The notes: a model not told the origin generated them from the sequence alone. Positions 19,355 through 29,706 are shown, numbered from the stretch's first letter. The stretch is 64,000 bases of DNA from Flavobacteriaceae bacterium (GCA_041392205.1 JAWKMO010000002.1:273641-337640), one strand, 5' to 3'. Numbers and translations: made by a program.

Positions 19355-21622
19355 ATGCGGTATGTAATTTATATAATTCTTTTCTTTTCTTTTATTCTTT
19401 CAGGAATAGCCCAAAATTTCGAAGATCAATGGAAGGGTTACTTCTCCTATGTTGATGTAAAATCTATAGCTCAAGGCAATGATAAATTATTTGTTGGAGC
19501 AGAAAATGCAGTGTTTACGTTTGATTTAACCACACAAGAAATAAAAACACTTTCAACTATTAATGGTCTTTCTGGCGAATCCATTTCAACAATTTATTAT
19601 AGTAGTAGCTATGGGGCTTTATTTATAGGTTATGAAACAGGCCTTATAGAAGTAATTATTGACGGTGAAGAAGATGTGTTAAAAGTGGTAGATATTCTTG
19701 ATAAACCCACTATACCACCCAACACAAAACAAATTAATCAATTTTACGAATTTGAGGGCGTTCTTTACATATCAACGGCATATGGAATTTCAGTCTACGA
19801 TATCGCTCGACTTGAATTTGGAGACACCTATTTTATTGGAACCTTAGGGACCCAAATGGCAATATCTCAAACGACCATTTTAGGAGACTTTATTTATGCA
19901 GCCACCCTTGAAGAAGGATTAAAAAGAGCTAGAATAGATAGTGAGAATTTAATAGATTATGAAGAATGGTCAACCATAACATTAGGGGAAATTGTTGGGG
20001 TTCAAACATTAGGAAATGAAATTTATTTTGCACGAAATAATAATTCCATTGAAAGTCTTACTACTGGGGTTGTTGCTTCTTTTCCTAACACTATTGTAGA
20101 CTTTTATTCCAATGGTGAGGTGTTAACTGTTACTACAACAAACACAATACACGCCTATAATGAAGGCTTTTCTTTATTGTCTTCAGTCAGTTTTTTACCA
20201 AATTTGGATGATAATTTTCAATCTGGAATTTCATTTCAGCAAAATTTTTACATAGGAACTTTTGAAAATGGCCTTTTAAAAGTTCCTTTTGGATCCAACC
20301 AGTTTGATCAAATTTTACCAGACGGACCCATCTTAAACAATCCTTTTACTATAGATGCAAGTCCTGGGCAATTATGGGTAGCTTTTGGAGCCTTAGATGT
20401 AGACTTTAATCCCTTCCCTCTTAGCTTTAAAGGGATTAGTAATTTAATGGATGAAACTTGGACCAATATTGATAAGGATCAACTACTGGGAGCCAGTAAT
20501 TTAGTTCGTGTTACAATTAATCCACTAAACGCAAATGAAGCTTATTTTTCATCCTTTCAGAAAGGGCTTTTAAAAGTAGTAGATAATACCCCACAAGTTT
20601 TATTTAATGAAACTAATAGCGCTTTGGAGTTTCCAAATGATATTGAAGCTTTGGGCTTACGACTTTATGGTTCTGCATTTGATAGAGATAATAATCTTTG
20701 GATTGTACAATCAAGGTATAAAGAAGGACTATTAAAAATGAATGCTTCAGGCCAATTTCAAAAATTTGATTTGTCCACCATCATTGATTCTGAAGATGAA
20801 AGTGGATTAAATGACTTGGAAATAACCAGAGAAGGCTATGTTTTTATTTCAACCTCAGAAAATGGATTAGTAGGCTATAATCCTAATGAAAATAAATTTG
20901 CCAAAATAGGAATGGAAATTGGAACAGGAAACCTACCCACTATAAATGTTAGAGCGTTAGCAGTAGATCAATCAAACAGATTGTGGATTGGCACATTGCG
21001 GGGGTTAAGAGTGCTTTTTAATGTAGGAGGGTTTTTTGGAGACACCCCTGTAGATGCACAAGAAATTATTTTTTTGGATAATGGAGTTCCGCAGGAGTTG
21101 TTATTTGAACAATCTATTACCGATATTGAAGTTGATGGATCTAATAATAAATGGATAGCAACCGCTACCTCTGGAGTTTTCTATTTATCGTCAAACGGGC
21201 AAGAAACCTTATTAAGATTTACAAAAGATAATTCCCCTTTGCCTTCTAATAATGTTCAAGATATAGCTATAGACGATTCTACAGGACGAGTTTATTTTGC
21301 AACCATTAAAGGTCTTGTAGCTTTTGAAGGAACCTCAACAGCACCTCAAGATAATCTTGAAAACGTATACGCATACCCCAATCCCGTTCGCCCTAATTTT
21401 GAAGGAAACGTAACGATAGATGGATTAACCGCAGATGCTAATGTAAAAATTACCGATATTGAAGGAAATCTGGTTTTTGAAACCACTAGCCAAGGAGGAA
21501 GTGTCCTCTGGGATACCAGAGCTTTTGGAAAGTACAAAGTAGCCTCTGGGGTGTATATGGTCTTAATAACTTCTGAAGACCAACTAGAAACCAAAGTGAC
21601 CAAAATTATGGTAATACGGTAG
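19355..21622 (+). CDS. Two-component-regulator-propeller (beta-propeller) protein with T9SS C-terminal sorting domain; PorZ-like
   Basis: 755 aa; signal peptide; repeated beta-propeller blades; C-terminus YAYPNPVRPNFEGNVTIDGL…GVYMVLITSE…TKVTKIMVIR is a T9SS CTD. Confidence 0.5.
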   Translation: MRYVIYIILFFSFILSGIAQNFEDQWKGYFSYVDVKSIAQGNDKLFVGAENAVFTFDLTTQEIKTLSTINGLSGESISTIYYSSSYGALFIGYETGLIEVIIDGEEDVLKVVDILDKPTIPPNTKQINQFYEFEGVLYISTAYGISVYDIARLEFGDTYFIGTLGTQMAISQTTILGDFIYAATLEEGLKRARIDSENLIDYEEWSTITLGEIVGVQTLGNEIYFARNNNSIESLTTGVVASFPNTIVDFYSNGEVLTVTTTNTIHAYNEGFSLLSSVSFLPNLDDNFQSGISFQQNFYIGTFENGLLKVPFGSNQFDQILPDGPILNNPFTIDASPGQLWVAFGALDVDFNPFPLSFKGISNLMDETWTNIDKDQLLGASNLVRVTINPLNANEAYFSSFQKGLLKVVDNTPQVLFNETNSALEFPNDIEALGLRLYGSAFDRDNNLWIVQSRYKEGLLKMNASGQFQKFDLSTIIDSEDESGLNDLEITREGYVFISTSENGLVGYNPNENKFAKIGMEIGTGNLPTINVRALAVDQSNRLWIGTLRGLRVLFNVGGFFGDTPVDAQEIIFLDNGVPQELLFEQSITDIEVDGSNNKWIATATSGVFYLSSNGQETLLRFTKDNSPLPSNNVQDIAIDDSTGRVYFATIKGLVAFEGTSTAPQDNLENVYAYPNPVRPNFEGNVTIDGLTADANVKITDIEGNLVFETTSQGGSVLWDTRAFGKYKVASGVYMVLITSEDQLETKVTKIMVIR

Positions 21623-21623
21623 T

Positions 21624-22343
21624 ATGCAGGTTTCTACCAGAGCATTGGTTTTTTCCTCCGTAAAATATGCCGAAGCCGATTTAATTGTCACTTGCTTTAC
21701 CCAAAAATTCGGACTTAAAAGCTATCTCTTACGTGGGATTTTAAAATCCAAAAAAGGCAAGCTTCGCATTTCTATGTTTCAGCCTCTATCCTTACTTCAA
21801 ATAGAAGCTTTTCACAAAGACAAAGGAACACTGGAACGAATTAATGAGGCCAAAGTAATTTTACCCTATAAAACTTTGCATACTGAAGTAATTAAATCTT
21901 CTCTAGTTTTATTTCTTTCAGAAATATTGAAAAACGCCGTAAAAGAAGAAGAAGCCAATACCTCCCTTTTTCATTTTATTGAAGAGGCTTTGTTTTGGTT
22001 AGATGAAAATGAAAAAATAGCCAATTTCCATTTACTTTTTCTCTTGAAATTGACAAACTTTTTAGGATTTTATCCAGATTTTAGTGAGAAAGAAGCGCCG
22101 TATTTTAATTTAGAAGAAGGGAACTTTCAAGAAAGTTCCATAGGATTGATTTGCGAAGAAGGGGACGCTATTACCATATTAAAACAACTTGACACCAAGG
22201 GATTTAATACCCTTTCAGAAATAAAAATCGCTAAAAGTGAACGAATAAAAACCTTACATCTGTTATTAAAATATTACCAACTACATATTCAAGGATACAG
22301 AACCCCAAAATCGTTACCCGTTCTTACACAATTGTTTCAATAA
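21624..22343 (+). CDS. recO: DNA repair protein RecO
   Basis: 239 aa; N-terminal OB-fold region ALVFSSVKYAEADLIVTCFT…GILKSKKGKL typical of Bacteroidetes RecO. Confidence 0.8.
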   Translation: MQVSTRALVFSSVKYAEADLIVTCFTQKFGLKSYLLRGILKSKKGKLRISMFQPLSLLQIEAFHKDKGTLERINEAKVILPYKTLHTEVIKSSLVLFLSEILKNAVKEEEANTSLFHFIEEALFWLDENEKIANFHLLFLLKLTNFLGFYPDFSEKEAPYFNLEEGNFQESSIGLICEEGDAITILKQLDTKGFNTLSEIKIAKSERIKTLHLLLKYYQLHIQGYRTPKSLPVLTQLFQ

Positions 22344-22354
22344 CAAAGGATAAA

Positions 22355-22385
22355 AACCCCCAACAAGAAAGATTGGTGGGGGTTG
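22355..22385. terminator. Bidirectional terminator hairpin between recO and TonB-dependent receptor
   Basis: cccccaac-aagaaagat-tggtggggg stem-loop between convergent genes. Confidence 0.5.
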
Positions 22386-22390
22386 CCATT

Positions 22391-24799
22391 CTAATAAAAA
22401 GTAGCCCTTAACGACAAGATAAAATTTCTCCCTGCTCCAGAAATTCCAGAGCTATAGGGCCTATAACGTCTATCGGTAATATTTTCTAAACCCCCATTCA
22501 CCGAAATTTTATTGGTAAGTTGATAGTTGGCTTTAAAATTTAGTGTGTACCAGCCAGGGGCATATGGATCACCATTGTTGTTAATAGCATAAATTTCTGT
22601 TTTCCCTTTTTCTTCTTCGGGCAGGTCTTCAAAGGCTACATCACCACTGTAATCTATATACATTTGCATATTTAATTTCTGGGTTTGAAAGCTAAGTCTA
22701 GAGACACCAAACCAAGGGGCGGCATGTCTTGAAGGGCTTTTATCTCCATTGTCTAATTCTTCTTCTCCTTTTTGAAAGTTAAAGTCTGAAGAAAAACCAA
22801 ATCCATGAGGAAGTTTTATTTCTAATCCCGCCTGTATTCCATACACAGTGGCTTCTGCTGCGTTTTGAATGGCTTGGACCTTACTCAACTCACCATCATA
22901 TACAATACTGTCTTGACCGTTTAATTTAAAATCTCTTCGCACTAATGCATCTTTCAAAAGAGTGTAATATGCAGACACATCTACTTTTACGGTTTTTCCA
23001 AATACTTTAGCCACACCAATATCACTATTGTAGGCATATTCCGATTTTAAATCTGGGTTGGGAACCACTACTGCACCGGGCTCAGAGTCAAATACCTTTC
23101 CTACATCATCTACATTAGGGGCTCTAAAGGCAGTAGCAGCATTGGCACTTACAACCCAATCGTTACTGGGTCTAAAGACCATTCCTAAACTTCCCGTTAA
23201 AGAACCATTGTCTAAGTTTGCGGTTTCAAAGGGAAATGGGTAAAATGTTGTGTCGAATGTTGCATCCAGTGTCACATGATTGTACCGCAATCCACCTTGC
23301 AATAGAAATTTTTCAGAAAAAGTAAATTGATTTGAAAGATAGGCTGCGTAGGATGCCCAAGAAGCGTTTGGATACCGGGAAGGACCTTTAGTGCTTACTC
23401 CTGTGTCAATATTAGTATCTGTTCCTGTTGAGGTGACATCGTCATACACTATTTCTATTCCGTAGAAAAGCGTGTTTTTTTCGCCTAAAGTTTTAGTAAA
23501 ATCCAAATTTGCCGAGTAAGCATCTACTTCTTCTAGGCGGGTTTCTCTATTACTTTTATTAATATCACGGCTAATTCGGCTTTCTTCAAAATTTTGAATA
23601 GCCAAACGGATGGCCATTTCATCATAAAAGGAAGTGCTATTAGATTGAGTTATATTTAGATTGTTCATCATCCATTTTTGAGGGCCGTATTTCCATTCGC
23701 CATAGCGAGGAAGGCCATTTCTGTAACGAATATGACGATCGTACCTACTATAATCTGAGGTTTCTGAATAATGAAAACCATATTGAAAATCCCAAGTTTC
23801 ATTAGGCTTAAATCGCAGTTTTTGCATCATATTAATTTGGCTATACCCAGAGGGTTTTTGTACTCGGGGATCTTCATTAGTAATGACCACGTCTATACTG
23901 TCCTGACGTTGCACATAAAAAGGGCGTAAAAACTCATCAGGACCATGACTACCTTGTTTTAAATCGCCATATTCTGTAGCCGTAATACTACTTATAAAAG
24001 CCCATTTTTTCCACCCTACATTTACGTCGAAATGCCCAGTTTTTTCATTATTTGCGGTAGCATATCGGGTTATTGCTTTTCCAGAAACATAGGTTTTTTC
24101 ATCTGCTGAAAATTCTGGAACAAGTGTTTGAAAACTCATCACACCGCCTATAGCATCGCTACCATAAATAACAGCATCTGGGCCAAATAATACTTCGGTG
24201 CGTTCCATGGCAAAAGCATCGAGCGAAATCACATTTTGAAGGTTTCCCCCTCTAAAAATGGCGGTATTCATACGCACACCGTCTACCGTGTAAAGCAATC
24301 TATTTGTAGCAAAACCACGAATCATTGGGCTTCCGCCTCCTTGTTGGCTTTTTTGAATAAATACTTTTCCAGAAATTCCTAATAAATCTGCAGCGGTTTG
24401 TGGGTTGTATAATTCCACTGTTTTTGGAGAAATGGAGATCACTTTGGAAGGAATTTTTGAACTAGCCTGGTTCCAACGGGTAGCCGAAATAACCACTTGG
24501 TCTATGCTAATATTAGATAAAGAAAGGGAAATCTCAAAATTACTAGATTGTAACTCTGCAAAACTTTTATGAAGCGTAGCATAACCTAGGGTTCGTATTT
24601 CAATTTTTTCAGCCCCTTCAAAGCTAGTAATGTCTGCTTGTCCATTGGCATTGGTTGTTGCAAAAGCTTTAGGATTGGTACTCATAAGCGTTACTAGATC
24701 TAAAGGCTGTCCAGAGTCTTCATCTTTTATGGTAATAATTTGAGCGAATAAAGCCTGCGATAAAAGCATTATACACCCAAGTAATACATTTTTTTTCAT
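22391..24799 (-). CDS. TonB-dependent outer membrane receptor (N-terminal carboxypeptidase-regulatory-like domain + plug + barrel)
   Basis: 802 aa; signal peptide; TonB-box-like DQVVISATR; plug/barrel blocks; C-terminal …LRATFY. Confidence 0.85.
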   Translation of the reverse strand: MKKNVLLGCIMLLSQALFAQIITIKDEDSGQPLDLVTLMSTNPKAFATTNANGQADITSFEGAEKIEIRTLGYATLHKSFAELQSSNFEISLSLSNISIDQVVISATRWNQASSKIPSKVISISPKTVELYNPQTAADLLGISGKVFIQKSQQGGGSPMIRGFATNRLLYTVDGVRMNTAIFRGGNLQNVISLDAFAMERTEVLFGPDAVIYGSDAIGGVMSFQTLVPEFSADEKTYVSGKAITRYATANNEKTGHFDVNVGWKKWAFISSITATEYGDLKQGSHGPDEFLRPFYVQRQDSIDVVITNEDPRVQKPSGYSQINMMQKLRFKPNETWDFQYGFHYSETSDYSRYDRHIRYRNGLPRYGEWKYGPQKWMMNNLNITQSNSTSFYDEMAIRLAIQNFEESRISRDINKSNRETRLEEVDAYSANLDFTKTLGEKNTLFYGIEIVYDDVTSTGTDTNIDTGVSTKGPSRYPNASWASYAAYLSNQFTFSEKFLLQGGLRYNHVTLDATFDTTFYPFPFETANLDNGSLTGSLGMVFRPSNDWVVSANAATAFRAPNVDDVGKVFDSEPGAVVVPNPDLKSEYAYNSDIGVAKVFGKTVKVDVSAYYTLLKDALVRRDFKLNGQDSIVYDGELSKVQAIQNAAEATVYGIQAGLEIKLPHGFGFSSDFNFQKGEEELDNGDKSPSRHAAPWFGVSRLSFQTQKLNMQMYIDYSGDVAFEDLPEEEKGKTEIYAINNNGDPYAPGWYTLNFKANYQLTNKISVNGGLENITDRRYRPYSSGISGAGRNFILSLRATFY

Positions 24800-24885
24800 G
24801 GGTTAATTTTTTGTTTAATAAATAGTTTAAAGCACGGATGGGTTACCGCACAAAAATTATGCTCGAAAATATTTGAGCAGGGTAT

Positions 24886-25422
24886 TTATGAAACAAATAG
24901 AGGTGGAGGGGTATTTGGTATTGGCTTTAATGAGGTGTAAGGCTGTGTAAAATAATTATTTTTTGTAGAAATAGTTTCCATTAAATACGAAGGGCTCCAT
25001 GGAGTAATTTCTTTAAAGAACAGGGTGTGATAAAATAACTTAAGTTGACATTGCTTTTGATTTTGTTGAGAATTTTTTCCTAATGCCGTGGCAACCAAAT
25101 GCTCTAATTTTTTATATAGTTGGGTTTCTTTATGATCCTTCCAACACCAAAGGTAATGAGAGCCGTTTTCAAATTTTCTTTTTACAATGTCATACATCAC
25201 CCCATCAAAAGTAAACTCTTTAGAATGTTTCCAATCGAGCTTTGTTTTAATTTCTTCTTCCGAAAGGACAAACAAGGTAAGCTCGTTTACTTGAACTCCA
25301 GCAATAAATCGTTTTTTTAGTTCTTTATGTAAACCTTTTTGCTCAATGTTAAACCAAAGCAGCGTTCCTCCTATGGGAGCCATAAAGGAAAGTAAAAGAA
25401 AAAACGCAATTAACCTTTTCAA
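24886..25422 (-). CDS. Hypothetical membrane-anchored protein (possibly co-transcribed with TonB receptor)
   Basis: 178 aa; single N-terminal TM; no recognisable domain. Confidence 0.35.
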   Translation of the reverse strand: MKRLIAFFLLLSFMAPIGGTLLWFNIEQKGLHKELKKRFIAGVQVNELTLFVLSEEEIKTKLDWKHSKEFTFDGVMYDIVKRKFENGSHYLWCWKDHKETQLYKKLEHLVATALGKNSQQNQKQCQLKLFYHTLFFKEITPWSPSYLMETISTKNNYFTQPYTSLKPIPNTPPPLFVS

Positions 25423-25838
25423 AATTTCGCTTGGGTTTAGGCAAATGTAAAAAAATTTGACCTACTGGAAACACTCAATCCCAGCCAATTTTTTTATTAA
25501 AACGGTTGGCTGTTTCGTTCCATTATTTTGGAGCTTTAAAGCGATATCCTATATAAATTTCGAATATGTTTTGACGACCTTCAATTCGAATTATACCCTA
25601 AAGAAATACGCCCTCATAAACTATAATTAATTCCTCAAAACTATCATCATTGTTTTTGTCAATTACTCCAAAACTATTATAGGTATTTCCAATTCCCATT
25701 CTAAATGTCACATATTCCGGAAAGGAAACAATAGTTTTTTTCTTTGAGCTGTCATGTGAAACATTACGCTTGGAAACGTTATTATATTCAAAAAAAGAAA
25801 CCAACCAACCCCTCTTTTATATTTCATTTCAATAAAAT

Positions 25839-27746
25839 TCAGAGTGTATTTTTTATGATTTCTTCAACCACTTCCGGATTTAAAAGCGTACTGGTGTCAC
25901 CCAAATTTGAGGTGTCTTTATGGGCAATTTTTCGAAGAATTCTTCGCATAATTTTACCACTTCGGGTTTTGGGTAAGCCAGGGGTAAATTGGATTTTGTC
26001 CAACTTCGCAATGGGGCCAATACGCTCTGTAATTAATTGATTGATTTCCTTTCGGAGATTATCGTGATTTCTAGTTTCGCCGGTTTCTTTCAGAATAACA
26101 TATCCGTACAGTGCATTTCCTTTGATTTCATGTGGGAATCCTACAATGGCACTTTCGGCAACGGCAGGGTGTTCGTTAATGGCGTCTTCTATGGGTGCCG
26201 TACCTAGGTTATGTCCAGAAACAATAATGACATCATCTACCCGTCCCGTAATTCTATAATAGCCTGTATTGTCACGCAAAGCACCATCTCCCGTAAAGTA
26301 TTTGTTTTTAAAAGCTGAAAAATAAGTGTCTTTATACCGCTGATGATTTCCCCAAATACTTCGTGCCATAGCAGGCCAAGGAAATTTAATGCACAATTTT
26401 CCATTGGCGGGATTTCCTTTCAATTCTTCTCCATTTTCATCCATTAAACAAGGTTGTACGCCCGGAAGTGGAAGTGTGGCAAAAGTAGGAATAGTAGGAG
26501 TTACAAAAGGAATGGGTGAAATCATGATTCCTCCTGTTTCGGTTTGCCACCAAGTATCAACTATGGGGGTATTTTTATTCCCAATAGTATCATTATACCA
26601 GTGCCAGGCTTCTTCATTTATAGGCTCACCTACCGTTCCTAAGATTTTTAAACTGGAAAGATCATGCTTTTCAACATAGCTTATATTTTCTTTTGCCAAG
26701 GCACGAATGGCTGTAGGAGCGGTGTAAAACTGATTTATCTTGTGTTTTTCTATTACCTCCCAAAAACGGCCAAAATCGGGGTACGAGGGGATTCCTTCAA
26801 ACATAAGGGTTGTTGCACCGTTTAAAAGTGGGCCATATATTATGTAACTGTGTCCCGTAATCCATCCTATGTCTGCCGTGCACCAATACACATCGTTTTC
26901 ACGATACTGAAACACATTCTTAAAAGTGTATGCCGTATATACCATATATCCAGCAGTAGTATGTAACATTCCTTTGGGCATTCCGGTGGAGCCGGAGGTA
27001 TAGAGAATGAATAAAGGATCTTCCGCATCCATAACTTCTGCTCCACAATCTTTATAGGCATTTTCTAAAAGGGGCTGTAACCAATGGTCGCGACCTTTTT
27101 TCATCCTAATTTGAGAACCGATTCTTTTGGCAACTAAAACCGATTTTACAGAGGGACAACTTTCCAATGCTTCATCCACAATCTCTTTTAAGTTAATAGT
27201 TTTGTTTCCACGGAAGGAACCATCACTAGTGATGACCATAGTGCATTCGCAATCATTTATTCTTGTGTGCAATGCGGTTGCCGAAAAACCTGCAAACACC
27301 ACGCTATGGATAGCTCCTATACGGGCGCAGGCTAATACCGAAATAGCCAATTCTGGAATCATGGGAAGGTAAATACACACCCTATCTCCTTTTTTAATGC
27401 CTTGTTCTTTCAATACATTGGCAAATTGGCATACCTTTTCGTGTAATTGTCTGTAAGTAATATATTGGGCAGGTTCTTTGGGGTCATTAGGTTCAAAAAT
27501 GATGGCTGTTTTTTGTCCTCTTGTTGGTAAGTGACGATCTATACAATTTTCGGTGATGTTGAGTTTTGCTCCTTGAAACCACGTTACTTCGGGTTTTGTA
27601 AAATCCCAATCCAACACCTTATCCCATCGTTTTCGCCAAACAAAGTTTTCTTCGGCGATTTCTTCCCAAAATAATTCAGGTTCCCGGATACTTTTTCGAT
27701 ACACTTGAAAATATTCTTCTAACGATTTAATGTGGTATTGGCTCAT
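25839..27746 (-). CDS. acs: Acetyl-CoA synthetase (AMP-forming)
   Basis: 635 aa; full-length Acs similarity incl. YTSGSTGMPKG AMP-binding motif and C-terminal …PKTRSGKIMRRILRKIA. Confidence 0.92.
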   Translation of the reverse strand: MSQYHIKSLEEYFQVYRKSIREPELFWEEIAEENFVWRKRWDKVLDWDFTKPEVTWFQGAKLNITENCIDRHLPTRGQKTAIIFEPNDPKEPAQYITYRQLHEKVCQFANVLKEQGIKKGDRVCIYLPMIPELAISVLACARIGAIHSVVFAGFSATALHTRINDCECTMVITSDGSFRGNKTINLKEIVDEALESCPSVKSVLVAKRIGSQIRMKKGRDHWLQPLLENAYKDCGAEVMDAEDPLFILYTSGSTGMPKGMLHTTAGYMVYTAYTFKNVFQYRENDVYWCTADIGWITGHSYIIYGPLLNGATTLMFEGIPSYPDFGRFWEVIEKHKINQFYTAPTAIRALAKENISYVEKHDLSSLKILGTVGEPINEEAWHWYNDTIGNKNTPIVDTWWQTETGGIMISPIPFVTPTIPTFATLPLPGVQPCLMDENGEELKGNPANGKLCIKFPWPAMARSIWGNHQRYKDTYFSAFKNKYFTGDGALRDNTGYYRITGRVDDVIIVSGHNLGTAPIEDAINEHPAVAESAIVGFPHEIKGNALYGYVILKETGETRNHDNLRKEINQLITERIGPIAKLDKIQFTPGLPKTRSGKIMRRILRKIAHKDTSNLGDTSTLLNPEVVEEIIKNTL

Positions 27747-27768
27747 AGGGAGTATTTGATATCGAAAA

Positions 27769-28488
27769 TTACAAATTACTTTTTACAAATACCATACAAT
27801 GTTGCCAAGGAAGATTATCGATGTTTTTTTCAAGTTTAAATCCAGCGGCGTTCAATTCCTTTACGGCCTGTTTTTCGGTCATTTTGTGAACTTTTAAAAT
27901 GGGAACTAAAGGATCTTCTGCTCGATACTCAATTAAAAAAAGTTGTCCGTTTGGTCGAAGTGCTTTTTTTATGGATGCTAGCATCTCTTTGGGGTGGCTA
28001 AATTCATGATAGACATCTACCATCAAGATTTTATCTACTGAATTTTCCGGAAGATTGCTACTTATTTCACTTCCTTTCAGGGTTTTTATATTTTTTATAC
28101 CCTTTTCTTTTATTTTTCTTTCAACTTCAAACAACATTTCTTCTTGAATATCCACAGCATATACAGAGCCTTTTGAAATAAGGGGAGCTAATTTAAACAC
28201 ATGGTATCCGGAACCCGCACCAATATCTGCAATGACATCGGTGGGTTTTAGTTTCATATTTCGAATTAGTGTTACCGTATTTTCTTCCTTCTCACGTTCA
28301 GGGCGTTCGAGCCATTCCATTCCTTCAAAACCCATGACATTGGCAATTTCTCGTCCCATATACCATTTTCCAATTCCATTGGGATTGCCACTTTGAAAAA
28401 TATAATTTTCAGAAAACCTATTTTGAGTTCCACAACTAAAAATGAAATATGCAGAAAATAGACATAGTAAGGAAACAATATTTTTCAT
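27769..28488 (-). CDS. Class I SAM-dependent methyltransferase, lipoprotein (start chosen at MKNIVSLL…; longer ORF to 28527 possible)
   Basis: Motif I DIGAGSGYHV; signal peptide+Cys FIFSCGT. Confidence 0.65.
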   Translation of the reverse strand: MKNIVSLLCLFSAYFIFSCGTQNRFSENYIFQSGNPNGIGKWYMGREIANVMGFEGMEWLERPEREKEENTVTLIRNMKLKPTDVIADIGAGSGYHVFKLAPLISKGSVYAVDIQEEMLFEVERKIKEKGIKNIKTLKGSEISSNLPENSVDKILMVDVYHEFSHPKEMLASIKKALRPNGQLFLIEYRAEDPLVPILKVHKMTEKQAVKELNAAGFKLEKNIDNLPWQHCMVFVKSNL

Positions 28489-28712
28489 AGAAAGTTTTTT
28501 GTTTACAAAGTAGTAAAAACAATGCATTTATAAATAGCTGTTAAACAGATTTTTATAAAAAATAAAACTAATTACAAACGTTTACAAATGACAATAGTCG
28601 ATAGTAAGTGTGTAAAAGTTTGCATACAAAATTTCCTGTCCTAAGTTTGCCCTGTCGAACTCAATAAAGAGCCGATAGTATTAACTGTTTAACAATTAAA
28701 AAAATTAAAATT

Positions 28713-29045
28713 ATGAGCACACTTAGAAACAAAGTACAGTTGATTGGAAACTTAGGGAATGATCCTGAAATTGTTACCCTAGAATCTGGAAAAAAGTTAG
28801 CAAAATTTTCTATTGCTACCAATGAAAGTTACAAAAACAATAAAGGGGAACGGGTCACGGATACCCAATGGCACAATGTGGTAGCTTGGGGCAAAACCGC
28901 AGAAATTGTAGAAAGTTTTGTAACCAAAGGCAAAGAAATTGCTATTGAAGGAAAACTAACTACCCGTTCTTGGGAAGATAAAGAGGGCCAAAAGCGATAT
29001 ACTACTGAAGTAGTTTGTAACGAGCTTTTGATGCTTGGGAAATAG
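28713..29045 (+). CDS. ssb: Single-stranded DNA-binding protein (OB-fold only, lacks acidic C-terminal tail)
   Basis: 110 aa; …VQLIGNLGNDPEI…TQWHNVVAWGKTAEI… classic SSB OB-fold; ends …NELLMLGK with no DDxPF tail. Confidence 0.8.
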   Translation: MSTLRNKVQLIGNLGNDPEIVTLESGKKLAKFSIATNESYKNNKGERVTDTQWHNVVAWGKTAEIVESFVTKGKEIAIEGKLTTRSWEDKEGQKRYTTEVVCNELLMLGK

Positions 29046-29057
29046 GCTGTCTAAAAT

Positions 29058-29090
29058 CCACGAAAGTAAAGCTCCAATAATAACTTGGAG
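29058..29090 (+). terminator. Rho-independent terminator after ssb
   Basis: agctccaa-taataac-ttggagct followed by ttttttttt. Confidence 0.8.
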
Positions 29091-29109
29091 CTTTTTTTTT
29101 GGTTTATCA

Positions 29110-29309
29110 AAAAAATCATACATCTTTGCACCGCAATGAACAAGTTAGCAGTACATAAAAATCCAACAGGCCAAATAAGCCTATATGCAATTCGTTTTTC
29201 AGAGGATTTCTGGACATCGAAACAGGACGATTTATGTACAATTTGAATGAAATAAACTTTATTTAATCATATTGATATAGGCGTCCAAAAAATTGGGCGC
29301 TTTTTTTTT
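29110..29309 (+). ncRNA. Candidate sRNA unit 1: conserved promoter-like block + ~170 nt transcript + intrinsic terminator (contains a 35-codon ORF MNKLAVHKNPTGQISLYAIRFSEDFWTSKQDDLCTI)
   Basis: Block aaaaaatcatacatctttgcaccgcaatgaa (shared with 29496-29530) and terminator gcgtcc-aaaaaatt-gggcgc + T9 at 29281-29309; no long ORF. Confidence 0.3.
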
Positions 29310-29495
29310 AAAATACTATGAAATTTTAATTGAAACATAACAAAAACCTCTTTGGAAGATAAGCAACACACATTCAGGAGATTGCAAAAAAATTCCAATA
29401 ATCTGCAAGAAGCGGACAGGTATTTTCATTCGTAAAACGAACGTAACATTTTGAAAATCAGTAAAATAAATTAAATTTTTATTTGGAAATTTAAA

Positions 29496-29706
29496 AAATG
29501 CATTTCATCTTTGCACCGCAATTGAAACAAATGCCATTGCAGTAGTATTAACATTAAAAACAAAAGCCATGCAGCTACAAAAAGATTTTAAAATAGATAG
29601 TGTGATTAATTTCACAGTACTATGCTGGCTTCGGAAATATCATTAAAAGAATTACCTCTTCAATGAAAAAATCCGAAGCAACCTAAAACCGCTTCGGATT
29701 TTTTTT
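29496..29706 (+). ncRNA. Candidate sRNA / 5' leader unit 2 with strong intrinsic terminator abutting downstream ORF
   Basis: Block aaaaaatgcatttcatctttgcaccgcaattgaa; terminator atccgaagc-aacctaaaacc-gcttcggat + tttttttt (29671-29706). Confidence 0.3.

Noticed and set aside
25598-25804. 68-aa minus-strand ORF in the 400-bp gap upstream of acs
   Set aside because: No recognisable motif, no RBS-like context, AT-rich promoter-like region. Could be real but unsupported. Left uncalled.
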